Assembly (NCBI GenBank): GCA_965232015.1
Contig: OZ246946.1
Coordinates: forward strand, 3,430,612-3,494,611
Reading direction: 5' to 3'
Origin: Vicinamibacteria bacterium
GTDB taxonomy: Bacteria > Acidobacteriota > Vicinamibacteria > Marinacidobacterales > Marinacidobacteraceae
DNA: 64,000 nt
Shown: piece after piece, positions 25,875-34,500 of the stretch
How the letters are laid out: the number at the start of each line of letters is the position of its first letter
Position numbering within the stretch: position 1 is the first letter of the stretch
Position numbers and translations under genes: made by a program
The notes under the pieces: generated by a model
Databases searched by the model: none
Seen by the model: only the letters and a program-made list of their open reading frames with translations
What the model was told of the DNA's origin: nothing

Positions 25875-28800
25875 ATGAAGGTGGAGCTCGTCGCCTGCGC
25901 CCCGCCGGTGAACGAGAGCGAGCGGCGCGCCGCGAACCGGCTGGAGACCGGCCTCATCTCCCGGCCGGGCGACGCGAGATGGGTGTTGTTCACCAACGTG
26001 CTCTTCTCCGCGCGGCCGGAGCAGCAGCCCGACGAGATCGACATCGTGGCCGTGGGGCCGCCGGGGGTCCGGATCATCGAGGTGAAGCACTGGACCGCCT
26101 CGTGGGCGAAGCGCCACCCCGAGATCGTCGAACGCGAAGCCGATCGGGTGACCATGAAGGCCCGGCGCCTCGGGACCACTCTGCGGCAGTCGGTTCCCGG
26201 CCTCGACTTCGTGGCCGGCGTCTTCCTGGTGACCGAGACCGCGGCCAGGGTGCGCGAGTTGGTGCGGAGTGGACCAGTCCGCGGAGTCCCCGTAATTCCC
26301 CTGCACAAGTGGCCCGACGCGGTTGCGCTGGACGATCCGACATCGCTCACTCCGGGCGAAATCGAGGTCCTCGTCCACCAGTTGGAGCGGCGCCAGAGGC
26401 GCGTCCCGACGGGACCGCTGCACCGTGTCGCCGGGTACACCTCTCTGGTTCCGCTCCCGTCGCCGGAATCTCCCTTTCATCGGATCTTCCGGGGAGTCCA
26501 CGCTTCGCGAAAGGACCGCGTGATCCTGCACCTCTACGACCTGTCGGCGGGCGGCGACCCGAAGCGACCGGAGAGGCAGTGGAGCTTTCTCCATCGTTTG
26601 CAGGAGTACCGCTGGGCGCCCCGGATCGTGGACTCGCTCCAGGACGTGCCCGGCCATGACGGTGAGGCGGCCTTCTTCACGCTGGCCGATTCCGAAGCTC
26701 CGGGTCTGAACGAACGGGCTGCGGACAGGGCATGGGGAACCGCGGCTCGGATCGAGTTCGCCGGCAGGGCGGTGAAGGCGCTCGGTCAGTTTCTCGGGGT
26801 TGCGGAGGCCGGCGGCGGACTCCGCAACCCCGGGCCGTTGACGCACGACGCCATCCGGGTCCACGACGACCGTGGACCGATCTTCGCCGGTCTCGCCGGG
26901 AGTTACCCGCTCTCGACATCCGCTCCCCGACCGGGAGAACGGGCGCCCCGGGCCACTCCCGGTGACGACGCGCCCGGAACGGGGATCGCCAAGGTCGAAC
27001 GCGATGAGCCGACCGTGGTGAAAGAACTCGTCGAGTCCCTCATCGGCCTCTTCGAGGAACGGAGCGACTCGGCCAGCCGGAGCGCCACGAGGATCCTGGC
27101 CCGGGGACGCCGGAGTCAGGCGAGCCGCGAGGGGCTCGTCAGCATTCGGAAGGGCCTCCAGCGACTGGCCGCGAAGGAGTCAGCCAGGCCGCCGGTTCCC
27201 CTCGCCGAGTCGTGGACCGATGGACAGGAAGTGTCCAGCGGGGGATGTCGCTATCGCATCGTGTCGCGGCTTGGCCGCGGCGCTGATGCCCCGAGTTTCA
27301 GGGTCGTGGAACTCCACGCCCAAAGCGGCGCGGAACTCGGGTCCTTTGTTGCCCGAGTGGCGCGCGACGAGGCGCGGGGGACGGCGCTTCGAAACGCCCA
27401 TGCCCGGGCCCATTCGCTGCCGGATCACGACGGCCTCGCGCCAATCGCGGCGGTTGCGCCGGAATGGAAGCCTGGCGAATTCGTGACGCTGGCGCCATGG
27501 ATCGAAGGCGAGCCGCTGCGGGAGTACGATGGATTGCTCGCGATCCACGCCGAGGAGATCGGGGATCCGTCCACCGAAGCCCTCGTCACGCGCTGGCTCG
27601 AGCGGCTCGCGCTGGCGCTCGACGTGATGCACCGCAACGGCCTCGTCCACGGCGCCGTGAATCCGGATCACATCATCGTCTCCGGCGACGACGTCGTGCT
27701 CACCGGATTCGATTCGGTCACGCGGATTGGCGGCGACGGGCGGGAGTCGGCCGAGTCCGCTCCGCTCACACCCGGCGACGACTTTCGCGGGCTGGCGGAG
27801 GCCTTCTCGCTCGTTCTCCGGCAGGACGATCCCGACCCGCGCGGCGGCGAGGAAGATCGGCCCGGACCCGGCGTGGATACGGCGTTGTTCCCGGTCGTCG
27901 CGCCCTTCCTGGAGCGGGCGATGGACCCGGATCCGTCGCAACGATTTCGTTCGGCGGCGGAGGTCCTGGGGTCGCTGCGCCCCGCCCGACCCGAGCCGAT
28001 CCCACTCCCGGTGACGCGGACGCAGAACCGCGTGGAATGGCTGCGCCGGCTTCTCGAGTCCTACCCCGGCTCCCGTTGGGGAAATCGCGAGACCCGGGGC
28101 CTCGACAGCGACTTCGCCGCCCGAACCTATGTGCCGACCGAGCTGGAGGACTCGCTGCACCAGGACATCGAGGAGCGTCGGGCGCGGCTCGTGATCCTGT
28201 GCGGGAACGCAGGCGACGGCAAGACGGCGCTCCTGCAACACCTCGTGATGCGGCTCGGGCTCGAGGGGTCATCCTCCGCCCAACGCACTCTGGAGGTGCG
28301 GCTCCCCGATGGCGGGACGGTTCGCATGAATCTGGATGGTTCCGCTTCGTGGGAGGGGCGCTCCGCCAACGATCTGCTCGACGAATTTCTTGCCCCGTTC
28401 CAGGACGGAGCGCCGGACGAGGACATCGTGCACCTCCTGGCGGTGAACGACGGGCGTCTCCTCGAGTGGATCTCGGACTACGAGACGCACCATCACGGGC
28501 ATCCGACGCCGCTTACCGAGGCGCTCACGAACGCGATCGAGGAGGGAGAAGCGCCGGACGCCTCGCACATCCGCTTCGTCAACCTGAACCATCGTTCTCT
28601 GGTGGGGTCATCGCAGACGGATGGGACGGGTGCGCCCCGGTTCCTCGACGGACTGGTGGATGCCCTCTACGGCGGCGCCCGCGCCGAGGACATCTGGCGG
28701 CCGTGCCAGACCTGCTCCGCGCAGGAGCGTTGCGAGGTCTTTCGCGCCGCTCGCGTCTTCGGCCCGGCCCCGCTCGGGCCGGAAGAGGTTCGCGCCCAGG

Positions 28801-29807
28801 CCCGGAAGCGGCTCTACGACGCCCTGCGCGCGGTCCACCTGCGTGGCGAGACCCACATCACGATCCGGGAACTGCGCGGCGCGCTGGTGTACATCCTCTT
28901 CGGCACGGAGGATTGTTCCGACTACCACGCGAGCGACCGTCCGGTTGCGCGTTGGGCCGGTTACGGGGAGCGGGCCTTCGCGCCGGAGTCCGCGGCCCGA
29001 CAGGGTGAGGTCCTGCGGGAGCTGGTCCAGTTCGACCCGGCGCTCGAATCCGACGCCGAGCTGGACCGCACGCTGTGGCGGACCCACCTGGCTCACCGGA
29101 GCGGGGGAGAATGGATCCGACTGGGGAGCGACGAGCTCGGGACGCTCCGCCGCTGGGCCTGGTTCGGGATCACGGCGTCCGCTGACGGGACGCCTTCGCT
29201 CGTGGATCACGCACCGGTTGCGCTCGCCGGAGGAGCGAACCTGAGCCGCTTCGAGGCTCTGGCCCGCCCCGGAAGTCACCAGGACGCCGTGAGGGATCTC
29301 TGCGCCGGGATCTCCAGATTGCAGTTGCTGCCATCCGCGGCGCTGAAGCGGGACGGGGTCGTACCGCTGCCGATCACGCCACGAACGCCGACCGAGACGG
29401 CGTTTTGGGTCGAGAAGCGCCTCGACTCGTTCCGGGTGGAACCGGTGCTGCCGCGAACCGGGGACGGAGCGGGCCGACTCCACCGGCAGGCGCGCCTCCT
29501 CTACCGCTATGGGGACGGCCGGGAGGAGGAGCTGCGCCTCGGGGCCGGCCTGTTCCACCTGCTGCTCGAGTTGAGTGATGGTTACCAGTTGGGGGATGTG
29601 GCGACGGATGGCACCTTTGCGCAGCTTTCCATTTTCGTCCGGCGGATCCTCCAGGAGGACGAGCGCACGATCATGGCGTGGAATCCGATGCGCGAGGACG
29701 CGATCTACCGCGTGAGCGCGGCGGTCGAGGAGGCATCGGGCCGGCCGCTGCAGCTCCTGCGGATCACCCCGGTGGGAGGCGGGTCCCGGTTTGGCGAGGT
29801 CCGGTGA
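25875..29807 (+). CDS. Giant multidomain protein (1310 aa): N-terminal NERD nuclease-related domain, central degenerate protein-kinase-like domain, NACHT/STAND-like P-loop NTPase, unknown C-terminal domain
   Basis: NERD: ...EIDIVAVGPPGVRIIEVKHW... (aa ~50-75). Kinase-like: ...IVSRLGRGADAPSF... (Gly-rich loop), ...HRNGLVHGAVNPDHIIV... (catalytic loop lacking the HRD Asp), ...LTGFDS... (DFG-like). P-loop: LVILCGNAGDGKTALL (Walker A) and HLLAVNDGRLLE (hhhhDGxxE Walker B, NACHT-like). It is the first gene of a 5-gene same-strand cluster. Confidence 0.7.
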   Translation: MKVELVACAPPVNESERRAANRLETGLISRPGDARWVLFTNVLFSARPEQQPDEIDIVAVGPPGVRIIEVKHWTASWAKRHPEIVEREADRVTMKARRLGTTLRQSVPGLDFVAGVFLVTETAARVRELVRSGPVRGVPVIPLHKWPDAVALDDPTSLTPGEIEVLVHQLERRQRRVPTGPLHRVAGYTSLVPLPSPESPFHRIFRGVHASRKDRVILHLYDLSAGGDPKRPERQWSFLHRLQEYRWAPRIVDSLQDVPGHDGEAAFFTLADSEAPGLNERAADRAWGTAARIEFAGRAVKALGQFLGVAEAGGGLRNPGPLTHDAIRVHDDRGPIFAGLAGSYPLSTSAPRPGERAPRATPGDDAPGTGIAKVERDEPTVVKELVESLIGLFEERSDSASRSATRILARGRRSQASREGLVSIRKGLQRLAAKESARPPVPLAESWTDGQEVSSGGCRYRIVSRLGRGADAPSFRVVELHAQSGAELGSFVARVARDEARGTALRNAHARAHSLPDHDGLAPIAAVAPEWKPGEFVTLAPWIEGEPLREYDGLLAIHAEEIGDPSTEALVTRWLERLALALDVMHRNGLVHGAVNPDHIIVSGDDVVLTGFDSVTRIGGDGRESAESAPLTPGDDFRGLAEAFSLVLRQDDPDPRGGEEDRPGPGVDTALFPVVAPFLERAMDPDPSQRFRSAAEVLGSLRPARPEPIPLPVTRTQNRVEWLRRLLESYPGSRWGNRETRGLDSDFAARTYVPTELEDSLHQDIEERRARLVILCGNAGDGKTALLQHLVMRLGLEGSSSAQRTLEVRLPDGGTVRMNLDGSASWEGRSANDLLDEFLAPFQDGAPDEDIVHLLAVNDGRLLEWISDYETHHHGHPTPLTEALTNAIEEGEAPDASHIRFVNLNHRSLVGSSQTDGTGAPRFLDGLVDALYGGARAEDIWRPCQTCSAQERCEVFRAARVFGPAPLGPEEVRAQARKRLYDALRAVHLRGETHITIRELRGALVYILFGTEDCSDYHASDRPVARWAGYGERAFAPESAARQGEVLRELVQFDPALESDAELDRTLWRTHLAHRSGGEWIRLGSDELGTLRRWAWFGITASADGTPSLVDHAPVALAGGANLSRFEALARPGSHQDAVRDLCAGISRLQLLPSAALKRDGVVPLPITPRTPTETAFWVEKRLDSFRVEPVLPRTGDGAGRLHRQARLLYRYGDGREEELRLGAGLFHLLLELSDGYQLGDVATDGTFAQLSIFVRRILQEDERTIMAWNPMREDAIYRVSAAVEEASGRPLQLLRITPVGGGSRFGEVR

Positions 29808-31599
29808 CGCCCGCGCCATCGTGCGCGACGTGCTGCCGCGCGCGATGGCGAACAGGATCTGGTCCGCCAGCTACCGCCGGGCTCTTCCGGTCGAACTCAA
29901 CAACTTCGATCTCCCGGCCCTCCTGCCCACCGTCTTCTACCTGTTCCGCTTCGGTTACCGGCGGGGGAGCGGGCATTTTCTCCGCGCCTTCGCCCCGGTG
30001 GCGGCGACGACTGCGGCGGAACGGAGGCGACGCACGACCGCCGACCGCATCGCGGAGGTGCTCGCCGACCGCTCGGATCTGGAGGGATTCTCGGGACCGG
30101 CCGAGCGGGCGGTGCTCGGTGATCTCCTCCTCTGTTTCTGCCTGCAAAACGCGCGCAGCGCCCTCGGCCGGGACCGACAGATCCAGCGGGCGGCCCCCAC
30201 CCACTACCTGGCGAGCTGGATTGATCTCCCGCATAACACCGGCGCCGTGAGGCTCGTGCCGGAAATGGTGGTGGCGACCCTGTCGAACCAGAAGGGACGT
30301 TATGTGGAGCGAACGGGGGAGAAAGGCGGTGGGCGAACCTGGTTCCCCATCAGCGATCCCGAACGTAATGTCCTGCTCAAGGAGTTCGACGGAGGGATGT
30401 CCTGGGCCCGCCTGAAGGCCGACCGGGCCGGCGACCACTTCGACGAGAATTCGGCGGTCGGATTGGATCAACTCCTGACGGCTCGGCTGGCGCAGCAACT
30501 GGAGAGCGCGCCCGACAAGCTGCGGGGGAGGACGGCCTCGAAGATTCCCAATCGGAGGTCCATCGGAAGCAAGTCGGCCCGCTGCTTTTCGGAGGACATG
30601 CGCAAGTTCGTGCGCGCTTACGCCGGGCCCATGCCGAGGCGCGTGCTCCTCGACGGCCTCGAATCCTGTGTGGCGACCGGGCTGACGACCATGCTCGGAA
30701 ACGCGGCGGAAGTCCTCTTCCAGTGGTTCGCAACCGGGGAGATCCCGGAGCCGAGCAGTCAGGAACCGGCGCAGCTGCTCGTGGACTGTTCTCAGGGTCT
30801 CGATCGAGGGGTCCAGCACCGCGCCGAAGATTCGATGGACGAGTTCACGCGGCGGCTGTGGCGTTTCCCGGAGATCCTCATGACGTTGCGGCTGCTCGAC
30901 TATTCGGTGCGTGGGAATCGGACCATCATGGCGGCCGGAAAAACGGATTACGACGAGGATCCCGACCCGAGCGCCTGGATCGGACTGCTCGGGAGGGTTC
31001 TCCACGAGAGGCAGGAGGGATCGGAGCTGGTCCACTACCAGCTCGACCAATACGGGCTCCAGCTCGCCGACGAGCTTGACTCCGAGCACCCGGACGTCGC
31101 GGAGACCTTGCGAGACCAGGGCCGGCAACCCAATGCCGTGCGGAGGCTCGCCGCGGCGCTCACCGTCCTGATGGGGCGTCATCTCACTTCCGGGCATCTG
31201 TTCAGTTTTCTCGATTCAGCCAGCGGCGTCGCCGGACCGAACGCCCTCGTGTTCAAGCGACGGACCACGCGCGGTGCGGGAGGCGGCCGGAGAACACGCG
31301 ACGTGCGCCGACTGGTATTCGGCGATTCGATGCTGGAGTACCTCGTCCACCGCCACCTCCTCTCCCACAAGGCGAGACTCCGCCACCTCTCCTTCCCCGA
31401 GTTCCTCCGCGGCCTCCGCAAGCGGTACGGATTCCACGTGGATCGGGCGCCGGACAACACGGAGGTCTCGAGCGAGATCCTGCAGCGGAACCGGATGTTC
31501 CTCCAGCGGCGGCTGCGCGATCTCGGTCTCCTGCGCGGCGTGAACGACGCGGACTCCATGAAGCGGCTGACTCCGCGATTCCGCCCCCGGGCGCGATGA
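29791..31599 (+). CDS. Hypothetical protein (602 aa), no recognisable motif; second gene of the cluster
   Basis: The long ORF overlaps the upstream stop by 17 nt (TTG at 29791; alternative GTG at 29821 or ATG at 29845). It ends in an ATGA overlap with the next gene. Codon usage is typical of its neighbours. Confidence 0.6.
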   Translation: MARSGDARAIVRDVLPRAMANRIWSASYRRALPVELNNFDLPALLPTVFYLFRFGYRRGSGHFLRAFAPVAATTAAERRRRTTADRIAEVLADRSDLEGFSGPAERAVLGDLLLCFCLQNARSALGRDRQIQRAAPTHYLASWIDLPHNTGAVRLVPEMVVATLSNQKGRYVERTGEKGGGRTWFPISDPERNVLLKEFDGGMSWARLKADRAGDHFDENSAVGLDQLLTARLAQQLESAPDKLRGRTASKIPNRRSIGSKSARCFSEDMRKFVRAYAGPMPRRVLLDGLESCVATGLTTMLGNAAEVLFQWFATGEIPEPSSQEPAQLLVDCSQGLDRGVQHRAEDSMDEFTRRLWRFPEILMTLRLLDYSVRGNRTIMAAGKTDYDEDPDPSAWIGLLGRVLHERQEGSELVHYQLDQYGLQLADELDSEHPDVAETLRDQGRQPNAVRRLAAALTVLMGRHLTSGHLFSFLDSASGVAGPNALVFKRRTTRGAGGGRRTRDVRRLVFGDSMLEYLVHRHLLSHKARLRHLSFPEFLRGLRKRYGFHVDRAPDNTEVSSEILQRNRMFLQRRLRDLGLLRGVNDADSMKRLTPRFRPRAR

Positions 31600-34500
31600 G
31601 TCGTTCCGGGAACTCGTTCGGGCGTCTCGTCGCCCGAGCGTTCGAGCAGGTTCTCGGCGAGGGCCGGGAAGGGTCGGTGGCCTTCGTTCGCTGCCTCTCT
31701 CCGGAGGCGGTGGAGCGGCTCGCCCGGGACTCCTCGTTCCAGCCGGACGGATGGCGGGTTCACCGGATTGCTGACGACCAGGACCTTGCGGCGCGGACGA
31801 TCCCCGCGGACCAGGCGGTCGAGGCGCGGGAGGGCAAGGGGGGAGCGCTGCTCTTCCTCGTGGACACCGAGCTCGCCGGAGCCGGAATGGACGGCATCTT
31901 CAGCGCGGGGCGCGAGGTCGGAGAGGAGGAGCTCTTCGCAAGGGCCCACCGAGTGGCTCTTGGCGCGATCACCGCCGAACTCGACTCCGGGACTCGTCGC
32001 TACGCCGAAACGGCGATCCGTCCCAGCCGCAGCGGAGCCTTGTCCGTCTCGCCCGCCGCTCGGTTCGAGTTCCTGTGCCGGGTACTGGATGGAGAGGAGT
32101 CGCCCGGCGCCCACCTGGCGCTCCTGGGGCTCTGGCCGGTTCTCGACTCCGCAGAACCGGACTTTCGGGAGGCCCTGAGTCTCTCCGAGATCTTCGCCGC
32201 CCAGCTCCTCGGCGCGGTCGGCTCGGGTCTGCCACCGGCGCAGCGGGTCGAGGCGCTTCAGCTCGATCCCGATCTGAAAGAAGAGCGACAGGAGCTGTTG
32301 CGGTTCCTGACCGAAGTGGACACGCTGTCGGTCCGCCAGGCGCTGGACGAGCTGGAGGAGCACAGCGATCTATGGATCGGCGCCCTGCGGATCAAGTCGC
32401 CAACGAAGATCCGGGGGATCGAGCTCAAGCCGTGGCGGAACAAGAACGGCAGTCTGGCGAAGTGGTCGGGTCTGGCGCCCGGGTCGAAGCCGGAGAGCCC
32501 GCCCCAACTCGTTCTGGGGCTGGGTCGGGAGCAGGACGACACGAGGTTCGCCCTCGAAGTGCAGTGGAAGGTGGACCCGCCGCGCCTTCCCAAGGGAGCG
32601 GCGGAGTACCGCGTCTCGATTCGCTCCGACCAGGACGAGCCGATCGTGGAGAAGCTCGCTCGACACCGCGCTCTCCGATCCGGGGAGAAGCTCCGGTTCA
32701 CGCGGGAAGACTTCGCCGAGGTGTCCGAAGGCGCGGATCTGTCCGCTTCTGTCCGGCTCGAAGTCGTCGCCCATCCCGCCATCGCTCGCCAGGAGAGCGA
32801 GGAATTCCAGATCCGGTTCGGGGACCAACCCGAGACATCCGCCGCCGGAGCCGGGAAGCAGGTGCGCGCCTTCAGCGAAGGCCTGATCGACCTGGGTGGG
32901 CGGGAAGCGGTGGCGGAGGCCGCTGCCGATCCGAGCGCGCTCGATTGGGATCCCGGGAAGGAGTGGGTCGTCCTGAGAACGCCGCTCATCGGAGGGCGCC
33001 GGCGCACCTACAAGGTCCGGCGGCCGGCGCTCATCGCGGAAGTCGAGCGCGACTGGGTCGTACGCCAGGGAGCGCCGGGGTACTGGACACTCGAAGTGCG
33101 GGCCGACGGCGCCGCGGCTCGTCACCCGACCTTCGAGCCGCTGGACCCGGACGCGGGATCAGCGTGGGAACCGGTCGCCAGGGCGAGTCGGCGCCTCGCG
33201 CGGCGCTTCGGCGAGGGCGGGGGAACGGCCCAGATCTACGAGGCCCCGAAGGGCATGGTCCCCGTCGTCAGGGACTACCTGAAGGCGTGGTCGGGGCTCC
33301 TCGCAACCGGTCCTCCGAAGGCGGCGGTGGCGAACACGCTCCTGGTCCGGTCCCAGTCCGGGCGCACCGTCGGGCTGGTCGTTCTCCCGGCGCACCCGGT
33401 GCGCGTCGCGTGGCATTCGGCCTACGACAACCTGGTGTTCCAGGCGGCTTTCGCTCAGGAGCAGAAGCCAGCCGATGTGCGCCGCGAGCTCGCCCGCCTC
33501 GATGGGGCGATGTTCCCTGCTTTCCTTCCCAACCCGCAAGGAGGTGCGTTCGTCTTCGCCGACATGCTGGGGTTCCACCTCCCGGCGATGGTGGCGGACA
33601 AGGATCCGGAACCGAAGGCGGCGGTGGCGCTCCTTGCCCGGGCGCTCGGCGGCAAACGGGGGACCGAAGCGGCGCCGACGGTGGGCGGTCGCACGGCTCG
33701 CGTTCTCGCGACGGAGGTCCGCCGTTATCTCGACGCTCATGGCCTGCCCCGCGTCCTCCACCTTCATGCCTTGCGGGCCGGAGACGGCATGACGGTGGCT
33801 CGCGCCCTCGGCGCTGTCCTGAAGCAGGAACGGGACGAACAGCCCGACTCCGGCCCTCCGGGCGCGCGGCGGTCGGAACGGGCAGTGAGCTTCGGGCTGG
33901 ACCTCTACCCCTCGGCCCGGCAGCGCAGTGTCGCGGGGCGCTTCATATCCGAGGCTCGGGAAAAGAGGAGGACGGCGACGGGCGTCCTGCCTCCCGAAGA
34001 CCGCTGGATGCTGGAGTCCCTGAGTCTTCCCGGAGGCGTCACTCGGCCCCGTCTGCGCTGGGCCCGAAAGGAGGCGGGGCAGCCGGACACGAGCGCTCAT
34101 CTGGCGGTCGCCTTCGATACGTTCGAGTCACGAGTGGAGGCGAGGGCCGAGTCGGCGGATGCCGAGCCGCCGTACTACGCCTTCGGGCTTTCCTCGTTCT
34201 ACGAGCGACGCTACGCGGCCGCCCCCTTCCCGACGTGGTCCAGCCGGCCGGTGGTCGGTGGCCGAGGCAGGAAACACCCGGCCGGGCCGAGCCATACCGA
34301 TGCGCTCACGGCGGTGCAGCGCGCCGTGCACCGATCCGTCGTTCGACATCTCGGAAACCATGGCGGCGCTCCGGTCCTCCGAACGACCGTCGGTTCCGAG
34401 GAGGCCGAGAGCCTGGACCTGCTCCATCGGCGCGCCGACTGGGTGGTCACTCTCGACCGGAACGCGGGGATCGAGTACTTCGACTCGCCCCGGGATCACC

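Noticed and set aside
25875-29807. Assignment of the NERD-kinase-P-loop protein to the Pgl/BREX type 2 kinase PglW
   Set aside because: No PglX methyltransferase, PglZ phosphatase or BrxC/PglY-like gene set is present in the cluster. The kinase domain looks degenerate and is fused to a NACHT-like NTPase, which is not the Pgl architecture as far as I can recall.
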